64,000 nucleotides of DNA from contig OZ024748.1 in the NCBI GenBank assembly GCA_964016885.1, forward strand, positions 52,204,001 to 52,268,000, read 5' to 3'. Each line of letters opens with the position of its first letter. Positions within the stretch are counted from its first letter, which is position 1. This document shows, one piece after another, positions 29,845 to 44,456 of the stretch. The position numbers were made by a program, and so were the translations under genes. The DNA is from Eledone cirrhosa. Its lineage: Eukaryota. The notes beneath the pieces were generated by a model. The model ran no database searches and was not told the DNA's origin. It saw only the letters and a program-made list of their open reading frames with translations.

Positions 29845-30562
29845 ATGTTACTACTACTACTACTGCTACCATTACTACTACTGCCACTACCATTACTACA
29901 ACTACTACTACTGCTACCATTACTACTACTGCCACTACCATTACTACTACTACTGCCACTACCATTACTACAACTACTACTACTACTGATGCTGCTACTA
30001 TTACCAGCACCTCTTCTACTACTACCATTACTACCACTACAATTAGTACTACTACTATCATTGTTATTACTACTACTACTACTACTAATTGTGAGCAATT
30101 AACATATAGGACATTTGTCCAAGATGGATCATTGTGAATGGAGAATTACAGATTCAACCATTCAATTGACAAGTAATTTAGAAAAACCACTACCCCACCA
30201 CCTCTATCGCGACTACCAGTACCACAATCACCACAACTACCATCACTACAACCACCACCACCATCACCACCATCACTACTACCACCACAACCACCATCAC
30301 CACCACTAACACCACAACCACCATCACCACTACCACCACAACCATCATCGCTACAACCACCATCACTACAACCACCACCACCATCACCACCATCACTACT
30401 ACCACCACAACCACCATCACCACCACTAACACCACAACCACCATCACCACTACCACCACAACCACCATCACTACAACCACCACCATCACCACCATCACGA
30501 CCAGCACTACCACCACAGCCACCACAACCACCACTGCCACAACCACCACTGCCATCAATACC
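29845..30562. repeat. (CTA)n and (CCA)n compound microsatellites
   Basis: Two tracts separated by ~100 bp of unique sequence. Confidence 0.85.
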
Positions 30563-30933
30563 ATAAGGTTAGAGAAGAAAAAGAAAGTTATTTCTCATGC
30601 ATCTAACACTTCAAATTTTCACCCCAATTCATCAAAATAGAAAACAGAGAAACATGCATCCTAATCCCATCAGATTCTCAAGTCCATCTCATGCCAATTG
30701 TGATCTGCCTAGAGCTATCAAGATAGGGTCTTCTCACAATATGTTACATAGCATGCAATCTTATACTTCAGTTCAATAGTTTGGGATCTTAAGGTGTAAT
30801 TTGGGATCATGCAATGTTCATGAGTTCTTGAAACGTTTTCAATATTTGAAGTAGAGTATGATGATTGAAACCATGAGAAATCAAAACCATATTTATGCCT
30901 CATATTATAAGGATCTTACTTGAATTCTATAGT

Positions 30934-31280
30934 CATCATGATCATCATCACCGTTTTATGTCCGTTCTTTCATGCTAGCATGGGTTAGACGGGTTGTCCT
31001 GTTGTGGGCGGTGTCCGGTCGACTGGCCTTGTCTTGCTCATACAGGAACTGATTCTGGCTTGATTTCTACAGCTGGATGCCCTTCCTAACACCAACCTCA
31101 TTTACAGTGAGTGCTGGGTGCTTTTTTTCCGTGGAGACTACAAGTCCACTTTACAGTGTGGGCTGGGTGCTTTTTGCCGTGGTACCTCCACAACCAGGGA
31201 CCCCACTCCTATCATCTCATTTCTATAGCTGAGTAAACTGGACCAATGTGAAATAAAGTGTCTTGCTCAAGGAAACAAAA
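30934..31280 (-). mobile_element. SINE family B lacking its head
   Basis: Homologous to 60358-60610. Confidence 0.85.
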
Positions 31281-31325
31281 CATCATATAGTGTATGGTTT
31301 ATTTCTTACCTGGACGGAAGTATAA

Positions 31326-31802
31326 CACTGGCCAACAAAATTTTGCTTTTTTTTTCTCCTGACCAAATTTTGAGACTTGTTCTTGGGTAATTTGAGGTCC
31401 TGAGTTTAAAACTGACAATTATTTTTATTCTATCATGTCAAGATTTTTATCTATGGTCTGGTCCGTATTGGTCCCATTTATAGCTACAAGAGATAGCACA
31501 CTGGTCAACAAAATTTTGCTTTTTTCTTTTCTGCTGACCAAAATCTGAGACCTGTTCTTGTGTAATTTGGGACTGCTAAGATTAAAAATGACAATACTTT
31601 TTTTCTAAGACATCAAGTTTTGGCCAACACGGAGGGCATACAAAATATCTGTGTTTCCTGTGTTTATGGGATAGCTGAGTGAAAGACAAACATGGAAACC
31701 TGATGTGTTAGGGGAAAAGAGTGTCATATTTGAAATTAGCACCTCAAAATTAGTTAAAAACAACAGCAAAACGTAAGTCAGCAAAAAGTATGTTGACCAT
31801 TG
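31326..31802. mobile_element. Non-autonomous DNA transposon, Chapaev3-like
   Basis: TAA|CACTGGCCAACAAAATTTTGCT ... AGCAAAAAGTATGTTGACCATTG|TAA (imperfect TIRs, TAA duplication); the left ~170 bp is duplicated from 31498. Confidence 0.7.
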
Positions 31803-31949
31803 TAACTAACAAAGAAAGGGATAATTCACATCACTAACTTCGATTCATTTCTTTATTGTTTTTTTTTTTAAGGTAGTCTCAAGCCCGGAGATTCATCAAG
31901 CTGATGCTTATTCCAAGATCTTTGGTGTTAAGCAACTGAGAGTACAAGA

Positions 31950-32151
31950 CTTCTTCCCTAGACAGGATACCAGTGCATTGCAGTGTTAACTCTCAGCTAC
32001 TGTTATTAGTCATTTTCACCTGATTATACTGGAAAAACATGAAATGAAGTGTTTCTGCTCAAGATCACAACATGCAGCCTTGTCAAGAAATCAAACCCAT
32101 TGGATTATGAATATAAGTACAACATCCTAACCACTAAGCCATGTACCTTCA
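31950..32151 (-). mobile_element. Diverged tRNA-head SINE
   Basis: Reverse complement begins GAAGGTACATGGCTTAGTGGTTAGG; similar to 20543-20760. Confidence 0.7.
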
Positions 32152-32173
32152 TTGATACATTACTAGTACTTGG

Positions 32174-32387
32174 CCCTTTAGTATTTAAACTGGGTGTATC
32201 TGGCCAGAATTCTCTCACCTCTTTCTGTTCAAACTGGCTATAAACAGCCACTCATACTGATGTTAAAGTATTGTTCTCAAAATAAATAATATCAAAATTT
32301 AATAGTTTCGATATCATGCGAGGTAAAGCCTTTACCCTGAAAATATAAGAGTAAATATAGTAGTATGTATAGATTAATGCTAAAGGG
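32174..32387 (+). mobile_element. piggyBac-like MITE
   Basis: CCCTTTAG...GCTAAAGGG|TTAA; homologous to 43191, 44795 and 62041. Confidence 0.75.
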
Positions 32388-32915
32388 TTAATTTATTCAC
32401 AAGAGATGAGCAACAAAACCCTTTCACCACCACATCCTCCTCGTCAACAATGTTTTTTTCATATTTCATTTTACCGGGATTTGAACTCACAATACAGTGA
32501 GGTAAAAGTAAATGAGTAAAATAATTTAGTCCACTGTTCTTCTGCTTCTAAGTATTTGCTATTTTTCTGGTACATTTCAATAATGGTAGTAATAATAAAC
32601 ATCAAATAATGACATTAGCACTGCTACAAACACCACCACCACCACTACCACCACTACCACAACCACCACCACCACAACCACCACTACCACCACAGCCACT
32701 ACCAGCATCACAAACAACAAAAAGAATATAACCGCACATATATATATATATATGCATATATTAATATATGTGTGTACAAACACACACATATGTATATAAA
32801 TACATACATAAATATATATATATATATATATATGTATATACATCCATATATATATATGTATATACATACATACATACATATGTATATGGTGGCTGTCAAA
32901 CTCGTATATACATAA

Positions 32916-32986
<71 letters not shown>

Positions 32987-34914
32987 CATACATATATATA
33001 TATATATATATACATACATATATATATGTATATACATACACATATATATATATCTATATACATACACACATATATATATGTGTGTATATACATACATACA
33101 TATATATACGTATATACATACATATATATATGTATATACATACATATATATGTATATATATACATACATACATACATACATACATATATGCATATACATA
33201 CATATATATATATGTATATACATACATACATATAAATATGTATATACATACATATACATATATATATATATATGTATATACAGACATATACATATAAATA
33301 TGTATATATATATATATAAATATACATACATATATATGTATATACATACATATGCATACATATGCATACATATTCATACATATATGTGTATATACATACA
33401 TATATATATATGTATATACATATATACATATGCACTCATACATACATTTATATATATGTATATATACATACGTACATACATCTATATATATACATATGTA
33501 CATACATGTACATATATCAATCTTTGGATAGGTCAGTGTTAATATCGGGGTTAAAAGTCTAAATACTTTGCCAACGTCATTAAGTTGTTTCCAACCATTT
33601 AAACTGCTCTTATGTAATTTTGACAATTTCAATTCAGACTTTTTCTTATTTTGCACTAATATTACAAACAAACCATACACAAACCCATATAAAACAACCA
33701 AAGACAAAAAGCAAGAACTAAAAACAAATAGAAACGAAATAACAGTGTTCATGAGATATTTATTCCCATCTGAAACAGGATTGGAAGAATGGGAGAGAGA
33801 TAATTTGGGAGTTCAGGTCATTATTTTAGTGCTCTGTTTGAACTTATTAATTCTATTAAATACTGATGGGAAGCAAGCAGAAAGTCGTATTCGATGAAGC
33901 GTGAATAACATAGCAAAATTGTTTAAATAAATAAATGAATAAATAAATAAAAGAATGAATAAATAAATGAAATCTCATTCCACCACCCGCAGTATTAAAT
34001 AAGCTTAACTCTCAATGTGCATGCATATATATATATATATATATATATGTATATGTTTGTGTATGGAGATGTGCTTATATTTATGTATGTGCATATATTG
34101 TATGTTTGTATATACACACACACACACACATACACATACACATATATAAATATACACATACATATATATACACATACATACCCACATAAATATATATCAA
34201 CATACACACATTATATATACACATACATACATATATATATATACACACATAGATATATATATATACACATACATACATATAGATATACACATACATACAT
34301 ATATATATACACATACATACATATATATATATATACACACATATATATATATACACACATACATATATAAAATATATATATATATACAAACATACACAAC
34401 ACACACACATATACATATATGATGCTCTGTATACATATTCATATATAGTGTTATATATATACACACAACATTACACCTTCATTATGCATATCTAAATATA
34501 TTTGCACACTTACATATAAAATATGTATGTACACACATAACCATTGTCATAGAACACATCAAAATTCATATATCCATACATAAATAGTTAATATATAATA
34601 CACACACATATACACACGTATGTTGTGTTTAGTGATAATAGATATTTAGTTTTAAGGTTTTGAAAACAAATAAATAATACCAGCAAGAACAACGCTAATT
34701 TCTACCCCACCACCATGTAGACTAGAATAATCTAATCTATTGATTTTAAAATCTTGTTGTTATCAACAGTTGTTTTTTCATTTGTATTGTTTTGCTAGAG
34801 TGACTTCCATTTTATATTTTATATATTTATCTAACGTTGTACAAGTTAGAGGGATTTGGTTTTTTTGTTAATTTGTTTTTTATTTGTTTCCAATCCTATT
34901 TTAGTGTTGCTGTT

Positions 34915-35360
34915 GTTGTGTAGACTAGGATGGATTGTGATTGAGAAAACCTAAGACACAACAAGCTCGACTGAGAATATATAGAAGGTACCATCATTTC
35001 AAGCACTCTTTCTCCTTCAAGACTGTTGTTGTGTAGGCCAGGATGGGTTGTGAATGAGAAAACCTAGGACACAGCAAGCTCGAGAGACAATATATAGAAC
35101 GTACCATCATTTCAAGCACTCTGTCTTCTTGAAGACTGTGTTGTTGTGTAGGCCAGGATGGGTTGTAATTGAGCAAAGCTAAGACACACAGAGAAGCTTG
35201 AGTGCTAATATATAGAAGGTACCTTCATTTCAAGCACTCTGTCTTCTTGAAGACCGTGTTCTTGTGTAGGCCAGGATGAGTTGTGATTCAGCAAATCTAG
35301 GACACAGACAAGCTCGAGAAACAATATATAGAACGTACCATCATTTCAAGCACTCTCGAT
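34915..35360. repeat. ~125-bp tandem repeat, about 3.5 copies
   Basis: TGTGTAGGCCAGGATGGGTTG...ATATATAGAA(G/C)GTACCATCATTTCAAGCACTCT recurs. Confidence 0.9.
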
Positions 35361-36786
35361 TTTCAATGATTTTATCTTCATGAAGAATGTGGTGCATATT
35401 GTTATTTATTGTTTTTAAGGATAAAACTAGCCCGCCATAAACCTAGAAATAGACTAAAAGCAAGATTGTTGGATAACATCCATAATTTTGGCTAGTGTTG
35501 CTTTGTGATTCAGCTGGATTACTTGGAGATGGTTGTTTCTGATAGGATCCTCTAGGGGGCATGTCTGATGACTCTGAACCCATGACCTTCTCAGGAATGT
35601 GGGTAAGAAGAAGTTGCTTGAGGTAGAGGTGTTAATATGTTATTTCCTATCTTGTCTAGTCTGTTTTTCGTGGTTGTTATAGATTGTTTAGCCCCAGGAC
35701 AACCCTGATCGAACAGATCTGTGAGCAAAAATATTGAAGCTGTGGCCAAAGGGGTGGGAGGAAGGAGAACTGGATGGGATCACACTTCTCCCTCCCTGCT
35801 TTTCTATGGTAGCCCTTCAGATTTAGAAAAATTTACAGTGATATGATTATTCCAAAACACTCCACCTAAGTCTTATTCTGAATTAAAGTGCCTACCCAGA
35901 ATGGGCTCTAGTCCTTTCCAGTGTCAAAGCTTGACCACAAGGCTGCTGTCATCCCCCACCCATTGTCATTTAAAGCATAATATATGCAGGTCTACATTTT
36001 CCTCGATGCACTCTCCTTCCTATCTCAGATAAATTTTGAAGAAAACTTTTATTTATTGTCCTTAATTGATAATTCAGCTGTATTTTACATAGTAATAAAA
36101 TGGAAGTATATTTATTCCATATGCCACCACCATAAATGAAACCTATGTGTTAGTCTGCCATATGCTTATTTTAAGATGGTAAAATGTAATTTCAGTGAAA
36201 TAAAGCTGCTATTTATAGAAGACCAAATAACGTCATAGACACACTTTCTTAGGCTCTAGTGGTGGCCACACTAGAAGCAAAGAAGCAGAATATTTATCTC
36301 CCTTCAGTGCTTTGATACCAGAACAATATTTTACCTTTTTTTAGCCAAAAGCAAACTACATGAAACAGTATCAGGTTTTAGGATACAAAGTTATAATTTT
36401 AAAGAGTTTATCATCATTCCAATCTAATCCAAGCTTTCTCACTCTTGCTTGAGAAACCCCTCCTTGGTTGACCGCCAACACTTTATTTGGTTTTTGTCAT
36501 GTCAGCAGTGTAGCTTGGCCAATTGGGGATTAGCGAGGCTATTTAACCCTTGGTTGGGTTGGATCGTTGTTGAACCTGAGGAGTTCAACCTCCCTTTTAA
36601 CAGCTCTTGTTTTTTGTTTTTTTTTGTGCTGCTGGTGTTCCACTTAGCCTCTTCACCAAACCAGGGTCTTGTGGAGGAACTGGTTTATTCGACAGCTACT
36701 TGACCACGAAGCAGGCTGTGCTGGGTTACACGGTACCAGTAGCAAGCAGAAGCCTGACCTGACAATGCATTATTATCATTATCATA

Positions 36787-36970
36787 TTGGCAGTATCGGT
36801 AGAGGGTCGGACACCATGCTTTGATGCATAGAGTTACGGTCCTTGCCATTCTGAGTTCAAATCCCGCGAAGGTTAACTTTACCTTTCATCCTTACAGGGT
36901 CGATAAAATAAAGTACCAGTAATGTGCTGGGTAATTGCTGGCCTTGTGCCAAAAAGTAGAAACAATTATC
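36787..36970 (+). mobile_element. SINE family A
   Basis: Close match to the other family A copies. Confidence 0.9.
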
Positions 36971-37179
36971 ATTGTTTTTATGTTGACTTTTCCATGCTGG
37001 GTTGGACGGAATTTTTGAAATAATGTTTTACAATTGGATACCTTTTCTGACACCAACCCCTTTAATCCCTTCTGATGACATGGAGCAATATGGTGAACCT
37101 ATTCTTAACTGGATACACCTGGTTATATTTGTCTAAAACCTTTCCATCAAAATTGTATTTAAGAATTTTTATAGAGTTA

Positions 37180-37494
37180 TGATGTGTTGTTTCCTTGAGC
37201 AAGACACTTTATTTCACATTGCTCCAGTTTACTCAGCTGTAGAAATGAGATGATAGGCACTGGGGTCCCTATCATTCCACTTCAAAAAAGCACCCAAAAA
37301 AGGACAGCAAAAAAGCACCCAGCCCACACTGTAAAGTGGACGTGTAGGTGCCACGGAAAAAAAAAGCACCCAGCACTCGCTGTAAATGAGGTTGGTGTTA
37401 GGAAGGGCATCCAGCTGTAGAAATCAAGCTAGAATCAGTTCCCGTGCCACCCTTGCAAGCAAGGAAAAGTGGATGTAAAATGATGATGATGATG
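37180..37494 (+). mobile_element. SINE family B lacking its head
   Basis: Matches 29037-29253; (ATG)n tail. Confidence 0.85.
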
Positions 37495-38299
37495 TTCCAG
37501 TTACCAACATGATAATGGAAAAAATTAATTATATTACTGGATAGATTATCCCATAAATTCCGAAGGAATTGTATGGGGTCCATATTGATATATACCTGGC
37601 AGACCCCAATCCTTCCCAGGCCTGAATACAACAGATTTCTGCTAGAGAAAAATAGAAAGTGGCAAAGGAAATGAGAAAGAAATATTAAAGGAAGAATGTA
37701 CCACATTACATGACTGGTACTTTTTTTATCAACCTTGATGTGGATGAACCTTGGCAAAATTTGAACTCAGAGAGCAGAAAGTCAAAACTATCCAATGTTC
37801 TAATGATTCTGCCAATTCGATGTCCATAGTTATATTACTAAATCCATCCAGCTTCATGATAATTTTCAAAATTATATGAAAATCATAGTTAGTCAAGTCT
37901 CTCATTAGAAATATGGTGCAGGGAGGGTTAATCTCTATCTTCTAAATGTCTGCGTCTTGAGCTTATATATAGCTTCTCTGACAGATGACTTATGATAAGG
38001 GTGCATTATGGGATGTATTGCAGACACATCCAACTCACATTAATAGGGAGTATTAATATAATAAAATACAAAATATAAAGAGAAAATTGTTGAAAAATAA
38101 TTATGATGCAAAAGATAATTATGATGGTAATGATGATGGTGGTGATAATGATAAACAGAATTACGATAATAATGATGGGGGTGATGGTGGGGATAATGAT
38201 GAGGATAGCAACAAAGGCTGCCATGATAATAATGAAGAGGATTATTATGAAAATGACAGTGATGATGAGACCTATGGTGATGATAATGATGTTAATGAC

Positions 38300-38710
38300 T
38301 ATGAAGATAACGATGATGATGATTGTTAAGACCACAATGAAGGTAACAATGACTATGATGATGAAGATAATGAAGATGATGTTGATGATGATTGTTAAGA
38401 CCACAATGAAGGTTATAATGATGATGATGATGAAGATAATGAAGATGATGTTGATGATGATTATTAAGTCCACAATGAAGGTTATAATGATGATGATGAT
38501 GAGGATAATGAAGATGATGTTGATGATGATTGTTAAGACCACAATGAAGGTTATAATGATGATGATGATGAGGATAATGAAGATGATGTTGATGATGATT
38601 GTTAAGACCACAATGAAGGTAACAATGACTATGATGGGGATAATGAAGATGATGTTGATGATGATTGTTAAGACAACAATGAAGGTTATAATGATGATGA
38701 TGATGATAAC
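38300..38710. repeat. ~65-70-bp GAT-rich minisatellite, 6 copies
   Basis: GATTGTTAAGACCACAATGAAGGT anchor repeated. Confidence 0.9.
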
Positions 38711-38968
38711 TGTCATGATAATGTTAAGTAAGTGGATTATTATGATGATAATGATAACGATGAGTTGAATAAAGATGTTAAAGATGACAAGAATGATGAA
38801 ACTGATGATTATATTGATAGCAACGGAAATGAATGAATTGGATCTAAAAATATAAAAAACAACAAAAATCAAGACTGTGTAAATAGAGAAAATCACAGAG
38901 ACTTTAAGATTAGACAGGTTATTTAACAAACCTAATACATGCAATGTATTCATAAGTTGATATATTCT

Positions 38969-39308
38969 GAAGGTGCATGGCTTAGTGGTTAGAGAATTGG
39001 ATTGGCAATTGTTGGGTTGTGAGTTCGATTCCTAGGCCAGGCAGTGCTTTATGTCTTTGAGCAAGACATTTTATTTCTTGTTGCTCTTTCTGCCAGGAGT
39101 TGCAACCATTAAATAATTGTTTCTACTTTTGGCACAAGGTCAGCAATTATCCCAGTGCATTACTGCTACTTTATTTTATCGACCCCCCATAAGGACAAAA
39201 GACAAAATTTACCTCGGCGGGATTTGAACTCAGATTGTAAAGGGCCGTAACTCTATGATGCAAAGCATGGCGTCTGACCCTCCACCGACACTACCAATCC
39301 ACCACCCT
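38969..39308. mobile_element. SINE B head (+, 38969-39085) and SINE A (-, 39113-39308)
   Basis: Matches to both family consensus sequences in this window. Confidence 0.8.
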
Positions 39309-39651
39309 TACATAATACTATAGTATCAGCAATATTTCCTTGGTACAATCTGACAAGTTCCGCCTCACTCAATAAGTGAATGAAGTCTGGAATCTTGTTG
39401 ATCAATTCAATCAATCGATATGTTCTGGACCTTACAAGTAATCACATCTATCTGATTATATCCCTTTAATTTTGGAAATCATGATGAATTAATATATTGG
39501 TAATTCCTTCTAAATGATTTTAAGCAATATTCAATAAGATACTGACACCATTTTGGCAACTTTGGTAAAATAACATTTTCGTGGAGAATTTATTCAGTAT
39601 TTATATTTGGTGTGTATATAATTTATTTAGACTTGGAAAATGGTTCCGATT

Positions 39652-39690
<39 letters not shown>

Positions 39691-40029
39691 CTGTGTGTAC
39701 ATCAGATGATTTAGTAACACACTGGGGTCAATTTAATCGACTTTCCACTCTCCCAAAATTGTTGGCCTTGTGACTATATCTGAAAACCTTGTATTAAATC
39801 CAGTGATGTGCTTATTCCAAATATAGTAATGTAGTGTCACTGTAAAGTGTTTAGCCATAATGAAACTGTAGATGTAGGAGTTCCTTTACATCTGGGGAAG
39901 TGTTCTTCAACTAAACAACCAAGCACCTTTCATTAAACTGGCAACTATGTTAAACAGCACTGATCACCTGACCATTGGATTCAGTCCCATGATGTAGTAT
40001 ATAGGAAACCAGCATCACTTCCTTCTGAA

Positions 40030-40780
40030 TGGAGAGAGGAGTTGAGATAAATGGAGAGGAAAAGATAGGGGGAGAGAGGAGAAAGTATGATAGTAAAAGT
40101 AGAGAGAGGGAAGAGAGGAGAGAGAAAATAAGATAAAGAGAGGAGAGAGAATGTATGATAGTGAAAGGAGAGAGAGGGATGAGAGGAGAGATAATGATAG
40201 TAAAAAGGAGGAAGAGGAGAGAGAAGACAGAAAGTATTATAGTGAGAGGAAGAGAGGAGAGCGAAAGTATGATAGAAGGGGATGGGGGGTAAGAGGAGAG
40301 AAAGTAAGATAGAAGGAGGTAGAGGGAAGAGAGGAAGAGAGAGGAGAGAAAGTATGATATTAAAAGGAGGGAGAGAGGGGAGAGGAGAGAGAAAGTAAGA
40401 TAGCAAAAGGATGGAGAGAGGAGAGATGAGAGCGAATGTAAGTTAGCAAAATGAGGGAGAGAGGAAGAGAGGAGAGGAAGTAAGATAGTAGAAGGAGGGA
40501 GAGAGGGGAGAAGAAAAGAGAGAAAGAAAGATAGTAAAAGAGAGAGAGAGAGAGAGGAAGACAGGAGAGAAAGTAAGATAGTAGTAGGACGGAGAGAGGA
40601 GAGAAAGTAAGATAGTAGAAGGAGAGAGAGAGAGAGAGGAGGGGAGAGAGAGAAGAGAAAGTAAGACAGTAGAAGGAGGGATAGGGGACAGAGAGGAGAG
40701 ACAAAGTCTGATAGTGAAAGGAGAGAGAGAGAGAGAGAGAGGAAGAGGAGAGAGAAAGTAAGAGAGTAGAAGGAGGAGAT
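40030..40780 (+). repeat. Polypurine (GA-rich) degenerate minisatellite
   Basis: AGAGGAGAGAAAGTAAGATAGTAGAAGGAG-like units. Confidence 0.9.
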
Positions 40781-40993
40781 GTTTTATTTCTATTTCTTTA
40801 TATACATGACCTCATGGATGTAAAAATTGCAAGGTGTTTTAAGGCAGATATATGAGAAGAACAAGTCAGTAAAATATGTAAAGGAATGGAGTAGGAAAAC
40901 TGTAGTAAACAAGGATTTGGCAGATTGTCTTAAAGTGGATTGTCACTTATATTATATATATATATATACATATACATATATAAATATATATAC

Positions 40994-41035
<42 letters not shown>

Positions 41036-41124
41036 TCATCATCATCATCACCGTTTTTGTCCATTCTTCCATGCTAGCATGGGTATATATATAAATATAT
41101 ACATATATATATATATACACACAC

Positions 41125-41159
<35 letters not shown>

Positions 41160-41514
41160 CATATATATACATATATAGATAGATATATACATATATACAT
41201 ATATGTATATGTATATATATGTATGTATGTATATCATCATCACTATCATCATCATCATATATATATATATTCCTTAAATTTATGGGTTGCAGTGACATGC
41301 TGCAAGCAGTGAACCTGCAGCAAATTGGTTTTGGAGATATATAACCAGCATTCCACTCACTAGACAAAACAAAACAACACAAAAAGAAAAGAAAAGAAAA
41401 GGAAAAAAAAAAACTATCATAAATCTATAATAAATCTTTCCATAGAACTGCTAACTCAGCATTTATAGATGGTGGTATGTCAGAAACAGAACATCCAACT
41501 AGACACTGGTCAAG

Positions 41515-41528
41515 GTTGCTATGACAAC
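41515..41528. promoter_or_regulatory. RFX X-box-like palindrome
   Basis: GTTGCTATGACAAC versus consensus GTTGCCATGGCAAC; lies in non-repeat sequence. Confidence 0.25.
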
Positions 41529-42193
41529 AATGTTACTTTGGACAAAAAGAAAGAAAGAAAGAAGAAAAAAAAGAGAACTGGAAAATAATAAAAAAAAAAA
41601 ATGCAAAAAAAAACAAACCCAACACAAACAAAAGAGAAAGAAAAACAAAAGAGAAGAAAGTGAAATTCTACAGACATTTTCTATCATATGCATGCTTCAT
41701 TGTTCCTTACCAAAATATTCCCACCTCATTAACTACAATGTCCAGTTATATTATTTTACTGTATTATCTGTTCATTCCAGGAAGGCAACTACTGGCTGAA
41801 GGTATGAAGTGGAGACGTAGTGTGGTGGTTGTGTGGTGGTGTGTTGTAGGGGGCTGCTGGCTGTTCTGTTAACTCAAGGGTTTATGTCTCATATTCTCTC
41901 TCACACCTTAACTACTTATCATACATGTGTCCATTACTATAAAGTCCCAGTAAGCCCAACAACCTGCTAGAAAGAGTAGCTAAATCTTCTTCACATCACA
42001 CCCTACTCTAGTAAAAGATAGGAGGACATATTAGACACATCTGTACCTAGTCCCAGATATACAAAAAGATGGGGTGGCCATGATTGGAACGTTTTTGATA
42101 AAAAGTCTGCATTATCAAAATCAACCTAGGATTAAACACCACCAACATCTCATCATATTATGTTTCCCTCCTTTATTGTTAAAGATAGGTGTA

Positions 42194-42415
42194 AGGGCAG
42201 TTGATTGGCAGATCGGTAGAGCATCTGATACCATACTTTGGGGTATAGAGTTACGGCCCTTTACAGTCTGAGTTCAAATCCTGTTGAGGTAAGTTTTGCT
42301 TTTCATCCTTACGGGGTTGATAAAATAAAGCACGAGTAATGCCCTGGGGTCAATTTAATCGAATTTCCCCTACCCCCAAATTGCTGGCCTTATGCCTAAA
42401 TCAGAAACCATTATT
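42194..42415 (+). mobile_element. SINE family A, long-tail variant
   Basis: Family A core plus GGGGTCAATTTAATCGA...CCCCAAATTGCTGGCC. Confidence 0.85.
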
Positions 42416-43190
42416 AATTGCAATGGTAAGTGTACAATATGACCAATATGACCAATAAATATTGGTCAGTTTGGGTTAGTATGGTTATATACATAAATAA
42501 GACCATTATTGCTCCAATCAGTCCACAAGCACACAGCAAACAACCTAAACCAAACACCAACCTGTATTCATGACTCCGGCCAAACCAAACTGTACTCACC
42601 CTCTAAATTCGGCAAATCAAATACGAACCACCCATCTTCCCACACTCATCATATGTAACCAGACTACAACAGCCACCTAATGCTAAAGACAGACATTATC
42701 AAGCTGCAGCTGTCATATTACCTAGTTTCTCTATAATAAAACCAAAAATCTATTATTATCTGCAGCGACTACAACCCCATTACATAATAGGCTGTGTTCC
42801 ACCTCTTTTTGTTGTCTCTTGACTATAACTGGATGGTGAGATAACTATATAGACACTTGGTGAGACGGTTACATAGACAAATGGGTGGTGAGATGTATAG
42901 GTAATAGGGTGGTGAGATGTATAAGCAATATGGTGGTGAGATAGATAGATAAATAGATAGATATATGAACACACATAGAGAGTAAGATAAATAGATAGAC
43001 AAATGGATGGTGAGTTAACTAAAAATTATAACTGAATACAAGATCAAAGTAAATTAATGCTTATATTTTACAATACTGTAATTCCCAGCCAGAAACCCTA
43101 TTAGAACCATCTTAGTTTTCTATATATATGTTTGAGGTTAATCAGAGACAGAAAATATTTCCAGAAAGTAAGTATGACAGCAATGTTTAA

Positions 43191-43345
43191 CCCTTTAGCA
43201 TTTAAACCGGCTGTATCTGGCCAGAATTCTCTCACCTCTTTCTGTTCAAACCATCCATAACCAGCCACTCATACTGATGTTAAGGTATTGTTCTCAATAT
43301 ATATGATATCGAAATCTCATAGATTTGATATTATGTGAGATAATT
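43191..43345 (+). mobile_element. piggyBac-like MITE, partial
   Basis: TTAA|CCCTTTAGCATTTAAACC... Confidence 0.7.
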
Positions 43346-44245
43346 ATGAGAGGAAAAGCATTTAAAGTCTAGAACTTTCAGAATTCATCATCATCATCAT
43401 CGTTTAACGTCCATCATGGGTTAGACTGGTGAAGACAACGATGTTAACTCCTGGAAGCTAGTGAATGAAGAACCTTTTGCACATCTTCAATACAATGTTG
43501 TCAGACAAGTTTGATATGATGTCTGCAGACATTGTAAAAATTAAGGAAGAAAACAAACAGAAGAAAAAAAATAAAGACAAAAAAGTAACTAAAAAGGATA
43601 TATAAATAAACTAGAAAAACAAACATATACTGTGTTTCCAAACACAAGCTAATCAGAGCCTGACAAACAAAATCTATCTTTTATTGAGTACGTGTCGTGT
43701 CGTTTGGCATAAATCAAAGTGGCACATCTCCTAGTTTATTTGTAATTAAATTCATTAGCATTGCGTTATAGCAATTAAGAAGTGGAAAATCTGGGTGAAT
43801 TGATTGTTTGATCTTTCCAATCTGGTGAAAGAAAGGAGGAGAAAGAGAGAGAAGGAGAAAAATATATATACATATATATATATATAAAGAGAGAGAGGGG
43901 CGGGGGAGAGGTAGACAGAGAATATATACATAAAAACAAGCATTGACTCACATTGAAATTGCTTATTATTATTTTGTTATTTGGTTACTAATTTAAAAAT
44001 ATAAACAAAACATTTAACAAAAACATTTAACAAAAACATACATATATAATAAACCTTTGAATTCATATAAACTTTGACTATTTAATATTTATATCTATAA
44101 CAAAACAACAACAGTATCAACAACAGTTGTAGCATCATTAGCATCCCCATACACAACACTACCCTCATTAATATATGAAGCATTAACATTTACACCTACA
44201 TCACCTTTTTGATTTGAGCAGAATAGGTAATATATATATATACAT

Positions 44246-44375
44246 ATTTCGTTTCTGAATTTGTTTAGCAAGATTCTTTATCTGAAATCGTGTGTTGAAA
44301 CCGATATTGTTATACTTTGGGAGGGTCATGTGTGTTTCTTATTGGTAACATGACCCTCCCAAAGTATAACAATAT
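44246..44375 (-). mobile_element. Miniature fold-back copy of the 14286 element
   Basis: 44246-44331 is the reverse complement of 14715-14800; 28-bp inverted arms 44304-44331 and 44348-44375; flanked by AT tracts. Confidence 0.85.
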
Positions 44376-44456
44376 ATATACATACATTCATACTTACAAA
44401 AATGTATATACATATATGTATATATATATGCACACACACATATATATATATATATA

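Noticed and set aside
42590-43570. Isolated minus-strand splice-like signals (GTGAGT near 42595, acceptor near 43525)
   Set aside because: Could not be paired into a credible coding exon.
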